A DNA stretch of 64,000 nucleotides from Amoebidium appalachense (Eukaryota > Protista > Ichthyosporea): the NCBI GenBank assembly GCA_963693365.1, contig CAVNZM010000003.1, positions 5,514,472 through 5,578,471 on the forward strand, written 5' to 3'. This document shows positions 12,724 to 34,399 of this stretch, piece after piece (position 1 is the stretch's first letter; every line of letters begins with the position of its first letter). The notes beneath the pieces are model-generated. The model did not search any database, was not told the DNA's origin, and saw only the letters and a program-made list of their open reading frames with translations. The position numbers were made by a program, and so were the translations under genes.

Positions 12724-12900
12724 TTACTGTGTATTAAGGAACCCCACGGTGTAACCCCTCAGTTTGTGGCGGTTATAAAGCAAGATTTGTGTTGTTTCTG
12801 GGCTGCAGTAGCTGGCTGCAGTTTGCCTGCACTGCTCTTCACGATGATTTATCGTCTCTTGTTCTCTGCACCGGCTTCTCCAAATCCAGTGCACAAAAAT
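12724..12900 (-). pseudogene. Degenerate duplicate of the UBE3D-like last exon
   Basis: EEQCRQTAA...ETTQILLYNRHKLRGYTVGFLNTQ* versus EQQCRQLAALLNETSQILPFNRRKLRGYSVGYLPTQ* ending at 18227. Confidence 0.8.
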
Positions 12901-13171
12901 AGGGCTTCCTGATTGTTACACGCTCGTGCGTACACGGACGCGCGCATGCCGCAAGCGAGCTGGCGCACACACCCGCGCGCGTGGGCGCACGCACACACAC
13001 ACACACGCACACACACACGTGACACACACACACACACTCAGTCACACACACACGTGCACATACAACTTGTGACAAAGGTTTTCTGCTTGAGGCCCCGCTA
13101 CGTGTGCCCTCCTCTCTCCCCCCTCCCAGACACATACACACACAAACACACACACACACACACACGCACAC

Positions 13172-13205
<34 letters not shown>

Positions 13206-13209
13206 CATG

Positions 13210-13249
<40 letters not shown>

Positions 13250-13309
13250 GTGCACCCATACACCCCCTCAAAAAGAGAGAGACAGAGAGAGAGGAGAGAG
13301 GGGGGGAAG

Positions 13310-13359
<50 letters not shown>

Positions 13360-13504
13360 GGAGGGAGGGAGGGAGGGAGGGAGGGAGGGAGGGAGGGAGA
13401 GGGAGAGAGAGAGAGAGAGAGAGAAAGCCCGAAGCAAAAAAGAAAAGGAAGGAAGGAAGAAAAATTCGCGATTTGGTTGTTCAGGAGTTATGGGAACCGT
13501 TGGT

Positions 13505-14212
13505 TTATTTTTTTTCATTCATAGGTTGCTCAAGCAGTGACACCATGTCCGCTCGGAGTTTCATGTCCCGAACAACTCTACCACGGTTTATTCTGACGAC
13601 ATAACTTCTAATAGATTCTGATCGATGTCTTGTGATTCCTACTCCGATATGTTCTCCGCCTTTTACCTCCTCCTCTGTCAGGTAGTCTGTTTCTCTGTAG
13701 AAGTTGATTCTCCATAGGCGCTCAGTCTTGGTCATATCCAACAAGCGAACCGCCGCATCAACCGCTACAGCAGCCTCACTGTCCGTCGTAAAGCTTCCTA
13801 CATGCTGATGGCCTGACCTTGGAACAGTCACACCAGCCTTCCAGGGTTTGGTAGACACGCGTCTTGGGTCAAAGAACACCCCTCGATACCGTGTTACTTT
13901 CTTTGCCTCCAACCTTTCCGTCCACCGAGTCTTTACCCTTTCCAACTCTGCACGAGTAGCTCTAAACCGCGGGAGGTATCCCAATGCAACATTTGTCAAC
14001 GCATGATATTGGTCGCCAAGTACACCCTGCCTGACCAAGTATTTGACTGCAACATCATGGTGGCGGGCTGCTGCCACCTCGTCACTGAAATAGCCTGTGT
14101 GGAGCACATTGCTTACCCCTGTCTTCCAATTGTTCTTCTTTTGGTACCAAGATACACCTCGATACTTGGAGGTGCCTTTGGGTGGTGCCGGAGAGAAATT
14201 TCTAACTGCCAT
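13505..14212 (-). CDS. Protein with two AP2/ERF-type DNA-binding domains (start could be further upstream)
   Basis: TSKYRGVSW...WKT...HTGYFSDEVAAARHHDVA...LTN and TRYRGVFF...KPWKAGV...HVGSFTTDSEAAVAVDAA...RINF. Confidence 0.85.
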   Translation of the reverse strand: MAVRNFSPAPPKGTSKYRGVSWYQKKNNWKTGVSNVLHTGYFSDEVAAARHHDVAVKYLVRQGVLGDQYHALTNVALGYLPRFRATRAELERVKTRWTERLEAKKVTRYRGVFFDPRRVSTKPWKAGVTVPRSGHQHVGSFTTDSEAAVAVDAAVRLLDMTKTERLWRINFYRETDYLTEEEVKGGEHIGVGITRHRSESIRSYVVRINRGRVVRDMKLRADMVSLLEQPMNEKK

Positions 14213-14417
14213 CCTTTGGTGTACTAGTAGGGCTGTTGGTGCTGTCTGGGTGGCGGTCCACATCTGCCACCAAGCAGTCAGGGTCAGACTGCCATCCTCA
14301 TGGGCATGGTGGGCCTTAAGTGACACAACCAAGATGTAATCGTGAAGGGTATCATCGTGACGTGTGTGTACGTGAGTGCGGAATGACAGAGAACAGATGC
14401 GGCAGATTTCTGAAGAG

Positions 14418-14454
<37 letters not shown>

Positions 14455-15031
14455 TTTGAAAGGAGGCAAGCTGGCGTGTATATCTGTGTACGTGTCTGTG
14501 ATTGTGTGCATGAGCAGGCATGGGCAGACGTGTGTGGCCATGATTGCCTGTGTGTGTGTGTGTCCTGGACGAACTGCAAGAGGCCTGCACGTGGACTATG
14601 ACATACAGGCGTGGCGGTATTCGGCAGACGCAAACCCACATAGTTTCATGCAGAGAGTGGTCTGCCAGTAGCTAAGTGACTCGTTAATACGCCTGCATGT
14701 ATTTATGCACTTTAATGAATCGCATGCTCATGTAAGAGGGAGAGAGAGAGGGAAAGGGAGAGGGGGAGGGGGAGGGGGGAGGGGGAGGGGAGGGGGGGAG
14801 GGGGAGGGGGAGGGGGAGGGGGAGGGGAGGGGAGGGGGAGGGGGGGGGGGGAGGGGAGGGGGAGGGGGAGGGGGGGGAGAGGGGGAGAGGGAGAGGGAGA
14901 GGGAGAGGGGGGGGGGGGGGGGGGGGGAGGGGGGGGGGGAGGGGGAGGGGGAGGGGGGAGGGGGAGGGGGGGAGGGGGAGGGGGACGGGGAGGGGGACGG
15001 GAAGGGGGAGGGGGAGGGAGGGAGGGAGAGG

Positions 15032-15082
<51 letters not shown>

Positions 15083-15694
15083 ACGCAAAGTAAAGGAAAC
15101 CTTGAAAAGGTAGGCCAGGACGTTGAGTGCTCACCTGCAAAGCTCTCACCTGCGTTTTCCAGCCCAGTGTGTAGACGGAAGACGAGGGTGTGGGCTGGGC
15201 TGGGCTGGTGGCCCAGAGTGGCCGGCTGGTCACAAAAACTGTATAGGAAAATAGGTTAGACTGTGTAGAAGCTGCTATATGAACTACGGGTGTGCCTATC
15301 CACTCTTGGGCCATCGGGAAATGTGGTGGATATGATCCTACCGACGACTCTTTAACACCGCAGTTTTTACCTTATTAGGGGAATAATCAATGGTTTCGAG
15401 ATAACTGCCAACACGAATATTCTTTCAATCGAACACGTGTGTATGCGTGTGTGTGCTTGTTTTTGTGTGCGTGTGTGTGTGTGTGTGTGTGTGGGGGGGG
15501 GGGGAGTGTCAAGTGCACGCTCATTCACGTGCATGATCTTTCAAGGCCACAAACACACACAAGAACCCTGGCAACACATACAAAATACAGAAGCATACAC
15601 TCGTACAGAAGGGGAGCTAGCAAGGCATGTGTGTGTGTGGGCTAAGTGTGTGTCTTGGGTGAGCAAATGTGTGGACTGTGGATGGGGGAGACGG

Positions 15695-15759
<65 letters not shown>

Positions 15760-15824
15760 CGTGTGTGTTTTGTGTGTGTGTGTGTGTGTGTGTGTGCGTG
15801 CGTGCATGTGTGTGTGTGTCTGTC

Positions 15825-15926
<102 letters not shown>

Positions 15927-16465
15927 CGTGCATGTGCCGGGGGTGGAGGGGGGGGGGGGGGGGGGGAAGGGGCGGGATGCAGAGAGACGGTGAAAGAAAA
16001 AGGTAGAGGAGAGGGTAAGTCCACATATAGCACGATCCCCACAAGTAAAACCGCTTGTCTTTAACTGTATTCCCTTAATTGTGGATGGGTGCACCTGCTC
16101 TTGCACAAGTTGTGTTCATTTGTAGGTGTGTACGCGGTTGGTCATCATAACTAGCTCGTGCGTGCAGTACTGACTGACAATTTTTTAAGTAGAGGGGGGA
16201 AAAGGAACAAAACCCACTGTCCACCCATCTTCACTTTTTACAGCCCCGGCATGCGCCTGCCGTGTGGCTGTCTTTGGTCCACCGCTGAGGCCCAAAATGG
16301 CCGCTGACCTCCGCACCGTGGCTGCATGCATCCCTTGCACATAATATTGGTCCAATCAGTGAGAGTCATTCGGGGGAAGATGTTAGAGCCGAACAAAGGG
16401 GGATAGCTCAGGTGCCACATGTAACCACAAGTATTTAGCTATTTGCCCCAGTTCCCGGCGTATGG

Positions 16466-16516
<51 letters not shown>

Positions 16517-16625
16517 CGGGCAGGGAAGGGAAAGGGTAGAAAACATAAGGGCGAGGGACAGGGAGGTGGCCTCCGTAGCAGGTGAGCAGTATGTAGAGGG
16601 GGTGTGGGGTCGGGCGTTTTTGGGG

Positions 16626-16659
<34 letters not shown>

Positions 16660-18226
16660 GGGGAGGGGAAGGGAGGGAGGGAGATCAAAATGAACTAATG
16701 AGAGAAACGAAGGGGTGATGGAAGCTATAGGAGAAGGGTGGGGGGGAGGGGGGAGGGGGGTAATGTGCTTACTCTTGCGCATGTTGCAACAAAAGAGGTG
16801 TGCCGGCTGAAAGTGGGACAGAAAGCTGCAACCCTCTGTCCAAACATGGTGTCTGTGGTGGTGGTGGTCATTAATGTTGGAGGAGATTTCGGGGGAAGAG
16901 GGGGGGAGGGGGGGGGGGATGCCAGGAAGAATGTCGGTTGTGGTCAAGGGGCCAAGTATTAAGGAAGACTAATGTAGGTAAATGACAAGGGTTCCAAAAA
17001 TCCTGCACAGAAATACTGGGTCAGCAATACCCAGCGGAGGAAAGGGGGCATGGAAACGGTCGTAAGTGGTGGATAAGGGGATCAAGGAGGAAGGGTAGTT
17101 GCTTATACATTTCGCAGAAGAACTTCTCCTGGTGTACTATGCGTCCTGGATATATTGTGGGTGCCTTGATCATAAAGAAGCGTTGGTGGGTTGGTGGGCT
17201 GGAAAAGCAGGGGGAAGACAAGGGGAGAACCCGCATGCAATAAGGAGTACAAAGTGGGGGGAGGGGGGGAGGGGGGGGGGGGGAAGGCAGCGGCAGAGAG
17301 GGAGGCGAGGTGGTCATGTGAAGAGATAATCGAATACCTAAATTTTCGACTCTAGTTGCCTGAGTCCTGGCAGGATTCTTAATAGGCAAGCAAATACACT
17401 TGTGTGAACGGTTGTCACCGCGGGGGACTCTTGCCGGTCCAGCTGTGTGTGTATTACTAACATCAAGGCCTCTGGATTCTACGTGTGTGCACAAAGGCCC
17501 ATCAGCGTGCGTATATCAACATAAGTTTCTGTAGCTCTGTACGCATCATACGCGTGTCGAGGCTTGACGTGTGCTCTCTCTTTGATCACTGTGAAAGCTT
17601 TTCGCCTGAGCTCTTTTCGCCTGTGCATCAAGGCCTCCTAAATAGCACACCTTAGGAGGCCTTGCTGTGCATGCAGTATGCACGGCACACACGGTTTGCG
17701 CAAACACATTCTTCTAAGAAAGCACAAAACGATTGGCCAGGCACACATCTGATGACGTCATCGCTGTCCCGTTTTCGCTTCCGGTTCACCCGGACCTGAG
17801 CGAGCTGCCCGGTGAAAAATCTTTGCACATGCCCGTTAACGAATTATTCATTTGGAGTTGAGAATACAGCACCTGGTGTGCATGTGGAGAGAGGATGGTC
17901 GGTTCACGGTTGCTGGGGGATACGTGCATGTGCACGTACAGGCATTTGTACATCATCCATGCACGCACGCCATTGCTGGCCATGTCATTGCCATGGGGGT
18001 TAACTCGGTTAATTTCTGGGATTGAGCCTTTCTTCCTCTCCCCCCCCCCCCCCCCCCCCCCTCCCCCTTCCCTCTCTCTCGCTTCCCCTGACGGAGAACC
18101 CTTTTAACACCAATCCAGCCTACCAGCCCCTTATAGAATAATGAGGGGGAAGAGGAAAGAGACGGTGTAAGGAGAAGAGTTCGAAACATGAAGGCGCCAG
18201 GAAAATTTACATGGACGTAGATCCCT

Positions 18227-26886
<8,660 letters not shown>

Positions 26887-27456
26887 GTTTCCTTATCTTT
26901 GACCGAACGTGCCACTCAATGGAGGTCAGATGTCTGAAGTGAGCAACACGAAAAAAAAAAAGAAAAAAAAAGGTGGCAAGAAAGAGAGTGATATGTCTTG
27001 TCGCTTCCTAGCCTTGGTTGTGTATGCACATAGCTCCCATAGGAAAGGCATTACATGTTCTTCCTTCGCGATCGTGCTAAAATGTAAGTTAAGTCGGAGC
27101 CGCTGACAGCAGTGAGCTCGAGGTGAAAGGAGCCTCCTGCCTCCCGTTTTCCCGGGATTTTGGTATACACCGATAAATAGAACAGTTGAAAATGCAAAAC
27201 TGATTATTGGGTCACAACTTCCAACTTTTAATTTGTAAAAACCCCACTTTATGTAGTTCGATTTCCAAAAACCATGTAAAACCAATAAGAAGTGTCTGTT
27301 CTTTTTTTTGGCGCGAAAAAGTCTTTGTGATAATCCGGCCGTCCCGGCACAAGACTGCAAGAGGAGCCTCAAGCACGCACTCAAGCACGCGTACGAAAGA
27401 CGTGAAAGTTGATGGACACCAAAAAAAAATGTGTTTACATGTGGGCTTTTAGAGTT

Positions 27457-27891
27457 TCAGATGATGTCGCTTCCATTATTTGGCATCCTGTGCTCGACGG
27501 GATGCGAATATTTAGTTACTCTGCAAGAGCATCTTTGCTGCCAATCGTGAGGATGATAGTGCACGTCCGGTCCAAAACGATAAGGATACTTGGCCGTGAT
27601 ATCACTTGGCCATGGCGGTATCCATTGCGTGTCCTGAACCACATCCATCTTTCTCTGTCTCTGAACGTCGGCACAGTACCTCATGACGTCCCGATAAGTT
27701 CCATGTGTGTTTCTCGCCGCTTCCAACAAGGACTCATACGCATAGTATACGCACTGCGACCCCCCATGATCAAAAAACATCCGAACCACATCTTCCCTCG
27801 TTAATGTGTATGGACGGTGGATGGTTCGCCATCCCAAAATTCCCAACCTCTCGGCATCAAATGCTTTTCCTGTATACCCAGCTGTCATCAT
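27457..27891 (-). other. Possible orphan ORF or gene fragment (144 aa)
   Basis: Complex non-repetitive sequence with an open frame; no recognisable motif. Confidence 0.3.
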
Positions 27892-28136
27892 TTCTCCACT
27901 GACAGCGAACCGACCAGACTACAGCATGAGCCACAGAACTTCTGGCAATGGCGGGCACTGGACCAGCCACATATAGTAATGATAGAACCCATACGCAAGT
28001 TTCAAGATAGATTTCCTGGAAATGATCTGCTTTCCTTCTGTCCGATCTTTCTTGTGGATTGCATAAAGTTTGCATTGGCGCTATAATAGAGTGCTCTGTT
28101 TTTACAGTTCGGCGATAGCGATAGCGATAGCGATAG

Positions 28137-28245
28137 CATACCTAGCAGAAAGCACCCCATCTCGTCCGATCTGGGAAGTTAAACTGCTATGGGCGTGGTT
28201 AGTACTGCGGTGGGGGACCACGCGGGAATACCACGTGCTGTAATC
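28137..28245 (+). rRNA. 5S rRNA copy lacking a contiguous 5' end (likely pseudogene)
   Basis: CATACC..GAAAGCACCCCATCTCGTCCGATCTGGGAAGTTAA..GGTTAGTACT..GGTGGGGGACCACGCGGGAATACC..GTGCTGTAAT matches the eukaryotic 5S consensus from about nt 10; it is preceded by (GCGATA)4. Confidence 0.9.
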
Positions 28246-28987
28246 TTTACAGCGTAAACCCCCATAGCGATAGCCGGATGAAATTCACCATATATGGCAA
28301 TCTCGCCAAAAGTTATCGCCATTGCTACCGCCATGGATCCGGCGGTGGCATTGCTTCATTCTGATTGGTTGTCACACCGCGGGATTTCCCGATTGTTCTT
28401 CCAATGACATTTTCTATCACTATCGACAGTTCTCCAATATTAGAACAGAAAACGGTTTATACCCAGATGGCCAGATGGCCAGATCAAATTCAGTCTGTGA
28501 GCAGGGGGGGGGGATCCACCTGAAGTCAAAACAATCTGGCCATCTGGCCATGTGGCCATAGAATAGATTAGCATGTAAGGCACTGGCTGCCACCACTGGG
28601 GGCCGTGGTTCCGGCAGGAGGGGGGGCACACGTGCAGGGGAGGCAGGGGGTCGGGGGAGGCACACGTGCACAGGAGGCTGGGGAGAGTGGGGGAACCATC
28701 CCCCATGTATGGCTGAGTTAAGACCATTTGTTCATGTAGCACGATCTTCTAGCATGCACGTGTTGGAATGCCACCACTGGGGGGCCTGGTTCCGGCAGGC
28801 AGGGGGGCAGGGGGGCCACCCAGTGTGTGGGTGTGCATGTGGCAGGGGAGCAGGGGGGCAGGGGAGCAGGGGAGCAGGGGAGCTGGGGGGACTGGGGGGC
28901 TGGGGAGCAGGGGGGCTGGGGAGACTGGCATGCCACTCACGGGGAGGATAGTGTATGTTGGCACGTGTGGGTGTGTGGGTGGTTTTT

Positions 28988-29470
28988 TTATTTGGGCTTG
29001 TGCTTATGGCAATGGGTCGTAGATTTCACCCTGTTTTTGCAGGGATTGCCAGCCTTGGTTTTGCCCTGGCAGTACCCATTTTCCCTGCCCACACCCACCG
29101 CTGCAGCTGCAACCGGTGGCTGTGGTGCACCCATGGGTGGATCCGGAGTGGACACAGTCAGCGCGGGTACCCCGGTGCGCTCGGTGCGAGGGCGCTGCAT
29201 TTCTGCGACTGTAAAGGCGGCCAGGAGGTCGTCCAGCAGGAGGTTTGCATGAGCATAGTCCCCGGCCTTGTGGGGGCGGAGGATGTTGATGGTGTTGTCG
29301 CTGTAGAGGAGGACACCGGTGGCAGGGGCAAAGCATACCCAGGGCTTGAAGCCGTCCTTGTGGTGTGGGCATGTTTTCTTTTTGTTTTTGCACTGGGCTT
29401 TTTTTGAGGGTGCAAATGCAGGGCATCGTTCGGGGTCAACCGAATCGGGGCGCAAAAGTGCGTCTCCCAT
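28988..29470 (-). CDS. Small protein with two C-x9/10-C...C-x2-H motifs (DUF5763-like, common in large DNA viruses)
   Basis: RCPAFAPSKKAQCKNKKKTCPHH and YCQGKTKAGNPCKNRVKSTTHCHKH; AATAAA overlaps the stop; CCAAT boxes upstream. Confidence 0.7.
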   Translation of the reverse strand: MGDALLRPDSVDPERCPAFAPSKKAQCKNKKKTCPHHKDGFKPWVCFAPATGVLLYSDNTINILRPHKAGDYAHANLLLDDLLAAFTVAEMQRPRTERTGVPALTVSTPDPPMGAPQPPVAAAAVGVGRENGYCQGKTKAGNPCKNRVKSTTHCHKHKPK

Positions 29471-29774
29471 TTCTAGTGTTTTGTTTTGGTGTGCACTGTT
29501 CTTGGATTGGGGTGAAGCGAGACAAAAAGTAAAAGCGAGTACTTTTTGTTGACTGGTTGATGGCATATCAATCAATCTCTTGGTGCCAAACCACTGACCA
29601 ATCACATGGGTGTATTCACGAATTCCAATCTAAATTCGGCATCTGGAGAGAGGGGTACTGGTAAAACACAAGAGCAACACGGCATCAAGAGTTTGTACCA
29701 CAGGCAAGATCTCAGAGAGGTCACTTTTGGGGTGTAACACGTCGGATACTGAAAGTTTTGTGAGGTACACGTAC

Positions 29775-30047
29775 ATGTTCGACAGCACGGTCACCACAGG
29801 CATTCTTTATGTGATATCTATATGCAGTGTCGTTGCAAATATACACTGGTACAATTTAATGAAGTCCGAACCGAATGCTAGAGAGAAAGTGAACAAAATG
29901 TATCTGGTGTACGTCAGCGCTGCTATTGTCCTCACATGTTTATTGGTTACACCATTGATGTATGCAGTCATATACTATTTCAATAAGAAGACGGGTGCTG
30001 CGGAGTACGACACCGCTCTGAGACAAACAAGTCACTCGGACTTTTAA
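29775..30047 (+). CDS. Small two-TM membrane protein
   Basis: 90 aa with two hydrophobic segments (GILYVISICSVVANI; YLVYVSAAIVLTCLLVTPLMYAVIYYF); divergent from the 28988-29470 gene. Confidence 0.55.
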   Translation: MFDSTVTTGILYVISICSVVANIHWYNLMKSEPNAREKVNKMYLVYVSAAIVLTCLLVTPLMYAVIYYFNKKTGAAEYDTALRQTSHSDF

Positions 30048-30070
30048 TCCGATTGACGTGTCACCGCGCC

Positions 30071-30463
30071 AGCGCTGCATACAAAAAGACCCGAAGTGGA
30101 GTATACGACAAACCCAGCGCCAGCGCTTCATACCCAAAATGATACAATAAAAAGACAGTTGCTGTGTGTGCAAAGCTGTGTGTGCAAAAAGAGGGGAAAT
30201 AAGCGCTGCATACAAAAGCCCCGAAGTGGAGTATACGACAAACCCAGCGCCAGCGCTTCATACCCAAAGTGGATACAATAAAAAGACAGTTGCTGTGTGT
30301 GCAAAGCTGTGTGTGCAAAAAGAGGGGAAATAAGCGCTGCATACAAAAGCCCCGAAGTGGAGTATACGACAAACCCAGCGCCAGCGCTTCATACCCAAAG
30401 TGGATACAATAAAAAGACAGTTGCTGTGTGTGCAAAGCTGTGTGTGCAAAAAGAGGGGAAATA
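30071..30463. repeat. Tandem repeat, about 118 bp x3.3
   Basis: AGCGCTGCATACAAAA..CCCGAAGTGGAGTATACGACAAACCCAGCGCC..GAGGGGAAATAA repeated. Confidence 0.9.
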
Positions 30464-30467
30464 AATA

Positions 30468-30562
30468 CTTTAAACGTGCATGCAATATACATCGATAGAC
30501 TTATGAAAGCACACAAACTGTGTGCCACACGGGCATGCATGCATGGGGAGGGAGTGTGGGGT

Positions 30563-30616
<54 letters not shown>

Positions 30617-30755
30617 GACTTTGAACGTGCATGCAATAGACTTATGAAAGCACACAAACTGTGTGCCACACGGGCATGCATGCATCGATAGACTTATGAA
30701 AGCACACAAACTGTGTGCCACAAGGGCATGCATGCATGGGGAGGGAGTGTGGGGT

Positions 30756-30791
<36 letters not shown>

Positions 30792-30928
30792 GACTTTGAA
30801 CGTGCATGCAATAGACTTATGAAAGCACACAAACTGTGTGCCACACGGGCATGCATGCATCGATAGACTTATGAAAGCACACAAACTGTGTGCCACACGG
30901 GCATGCATGCACGGGGGAGGGAGTGTGG

Positions 30929-30960
<32 letters not shown>

Positions 30961-31308
30961 AGACTTTGAACGTGCATGCATCGATAGACTTATGAAAGCA
31001 CACAAACTGTGTGCCACACGGGCATGCATGCATGGGGAGGGAGTGTGGGGAGGGGGGAGGGGGGGGGGGGAGACTTTGAACGTGCATGCATCGATAGACT
31101 TATGAAAGCACACAAACTGTGTGCCACACGGGCATGCATGCACGGGGAGGGAGTGTGGGGAGGGGGGGGGGGGGGGGGGGGAGACTTTGAACGTGCATGC
31201 ATCGATAGACTTATGAAAGCACACAAACTGTGTGCCACACGGGCATGCATGCACGGGGAGGGAGTGTGGGGAGGGGGGGGGGGGGGGGAGACTTTGAACG
31301 TGCATGCA
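30468..31308. repeat. Compound tandem repeat, about 50 and 115 bp units with poly-G
   Basis: ATAGACTTATGAAAGCACACAAACTGTGTGCCACACGGGCATGCATGCA about 8 times; internal hairpin GCACAC-AAACT-GTGTGC. Confidence 0.9.
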
Positions 31309-31653
31309 AGTGTGTACCAAAAGGGACCTGGACTTCTTTGTATACAATCGATATTTAATCGGTTGAAAACAGCAAAACAAGACTTGTACATATATAATAA
31401 CCACAAGATACTAAACCATCCAGAAGACTTGTACATATATAATAACCACAAGATACTAAACCATCCAGAACCAGAAAAAAAAAGATGCCTACATGCTATG
31501 ATCCATAAGATGCTCGTTAACATAAATACAGAAACCGTAAGGTGCTACCAGTATCAACAGTCATATATTAAAATACATCAGCCAGCCCCTGTGGCCATAC
31601 CCAGCCCCTGACACATACAACAAAATCAAAACACACCCCTCACCACTCCCAAC

Positions 31654-32918
31654 CTAATCTTCATCGTTTTCATCACTGTCCCCGTGAATAACCTGTATAT
31701 CTGAAACTTGCTTTGCTCGTGTCCTGCCACTGCGGGCAGGGGCTGGTTTCTGACTCGGTTTTGGTTTCTTTGCTCGACCACTTTCTTTCCCTTTCTTCCC
31801 CTCGACCTTCTCGCCCAAAGCCATCATGTCCTCCAATTCCTCATCTACTGCCGTCTCAAATGACGTCTCTTCCTGGCGGTGCCGTTTGTACACACCAAAA
31901 GAATTATCTGACACCCCTCTCTTTGAACCCTGGGAATATGCAGAGGGGTTCGACATCATGGAGGCCCCAAAAGTGTGGGATTGGGTGCTGGTAACGGTGG
32001 TGAGGGACGGATTGAAGGGGGGTACGGGCATGGAAAAACCGGGTGGGGGGAGGGGGAGAATGGGCAGGGGGAGGTTGAGGGGGGTTTTGGGCTGAGTGGT
32101 ACCGGGCGGGGGGAGGGTGGGGATGGGATTTTGATTGGTCGTACCAGGGGGGGGGAGGGGGGGGGCGAGACCGTGTTGGACGGTAATGTCGGGGAGGGGC
32201 TGGGGGTCATTCCAATCACGAAGTTTCTGTGTGCTCTCGTCGATTGTTCTACGGTATGATTCCCTCATGGTCGCAATGTGTGACTGAAGCTTGGTAATCT
32301 CGGCCCGGTATCTTTCCCCTTCAGCCTGATGCTCCAGGATATCGGCCACCTTTCCAACAAGCTGCCCTTCGAGGTCCCGATTCTTTGCCGATAACACCTG
32401 TTCCTTTGCATCTGCAAGGTGTTTTTGTTTGGCCGCCGCCGATTTTAGCTCGGCAATTTCCCCCTTAAGGATTTGGATGTCGTGATCCTTCGTTTGTAAT
32501 TCTTTCTCTGCAGCTTCCAGCTTCTCCTGCAATTCGGTGGTTGGGGTGGTGACAGCGGGTGCAGTGGCCGCAGTACCGACCTTTGCCAATGCAGAGGCAA
32601 TGGCACTGTCTACTTTCGACTGCAACACAGTCTCCAAGTACTCTTCGAACATTTTTGGATCGACGGGAGCAGTGTCGCCGGAGTGTGGGGGGGGGGTTGG
32701 ATGGGGGGGGGGACTTCCCCGCCGAAGTGTGGGGGGGTTGGATGGGGGGGGGGACTTCCCCGCCGAAGTGTGGGGGGGTTGGATGGGGAGAGGACTTCGC
32801 CGCCGGAGTGTGGGGGGGAGTTGGATGGGGGGGGGGCTTGCGTTGTGACGGGGTCGGCGGACTTGCTGATGTTGGTTTCGTATGACCCCGACCCGGGAGC
32901 TTGCTGGGAATAATCCAT
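31654..32918 (-). CDS. Coiled-coil, proline-rich hypothetical protein (frame break in a poly-C repeat region near the start)
   Basis: ATG 32918 (MDYSQQAPG) joins MFEEYLETVLQ..ELQEKLEAAEKELQTKDHDIQILKGEIAELK heptads; basic C-terminus. Confidence 0.65.
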
Positions 32919-34399
32919 CGTGACAGTTTTCACAAAAAAAAAGGATAAACAAAGGGAAAAAAAGAAAGGAAGTCTTACGTTTCTCTGCGCAAACACAGTC
33001 GTGTGCAAACCCAGTCGTGAACAAGGGAAAAAGGAAAAAAAAAACAAGGGAAAAAGGAAAAAAAAAAGAAAGTGCTACGAATACGATTCTCTGTTGTGAA
33101 CAAAGGAAAAAGTAAAAAAAAGAGTGTTACGTTTCTCTGCGCAAACACAGTCCTGTGCAAACCCAGTCGTGAACAAGAGAAAAAGAAAAAAAAAGAGAGT
33201 GTTACGTTTCTCTAGGCAAACACCGTCGTGTGCAAACACAGCCATGAACAAAAGAATCAGAAAAGTAGAAAATGACAGCGCTGTGAACTGATATAAAAAA
33301 ACCGCCATCAATAATTTATGTGAAGCCATTGCGCAAAATACGATCTTATGTTACGAGAATCAAGCATAAGAAAAACAGAACCTTTTGGCGCTGTTAGCGA
33401 ATATATCTCTAATCGTGTTTGGTTCACAGGTAAACTGTATAAAAAAGGTGAATATACGAAATAAAAATATAATATACAGGACAAAACGAGCGCTAGTTTA
33501 AAACATCGAAGGATATACGCTTTCACAACATCTTATTCGCGGACCTTTTTACGTGCAAGCGTTTTGATTGGTGCATAGGGGTTGGTTCTTGCCCCACGTG
33601 ATTCGCGGCGCTGATGCTCAGGGTATTCTGATTGACCGAAATCGAAGCATCGGATTCAAATTGGGCAAATACAAAACGCTTTCCAACCAAAATCCCAAGC
33701 GCATGGTTGTTTATTTATAGAACCTTATATGTCATAAAACATACAACCCTCTTTTAGGATTTCCCTTATTCCTTGCTCAGTCAAAACGCTCCAGGGTCGG
33801 TGCTGCTATCAGTCACTAAGTAATTTCATTGGCCAGTCATCACGTAAATGCGCCAGCCAACAAAACCAATCGGTGATTGGTGAATAATGGTTGGGTCAAC
33901 GTGATCGGGCACTGGTACTCTAGGCAAGCGCTTATCGGCATTGGTACAATCTAGTTGGTCAATACACCGTGACTCAAGGCTGCAACGCTTTTCGAAGACC
34001 AGATTCACAGGACCCTTTCCAAACAAAATTCCAAGCAAATGTCTGTGTCCGCGTAAAGTATAAATAAACATAAATAAATTATGCTTTTTTAATATTTATT
34101 GCCTATTAGAATAAATCACAATTGTTACTCGCAAAAGGGTCTTGGTTGGGCAGGCTGGCCTTGCTACCCAAACTATTATTAGCCGATCTCACTGATTAGC
34201 TTATTATCACGTACGCGCCAATCAGTGATTCCATTGGCCAAACTGAACAAAACATTAATTGGCCAGTCATCAAAAACGTGATTTTCTTGCTTGCTTCAAG
34301 CTTTGCGAAATGAGAATATATGTTCAACACTCTCTTTGCGCTCTATATACAACGGAGAAATTACAAGAGTCCATCTTGATTCCCGAACGAACAAATATA

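Larger units (their letters stand above)
10085..12910. repeat. Segmental duplication, copy A (paralogous to about 15965-18400)
   Basis: Collinear shared blocks, e.g. GGAGAGGGTAAGTCCAC.TATAGCACGATCCCCACAAGT (about 10131/16008), TCCACCGCTGAGGCCCAAAATGG, GTTTGCGCAAACACATTCTT, TCGAAACATGAA (12678/18181). Confidence 0.88.

Noticed and set aside
27457-27891. SWIM zinc finger / MULE transposase (RCSC...PVEH)
   Set aside because: The third Cys is missing and there are no other transposase motifs.
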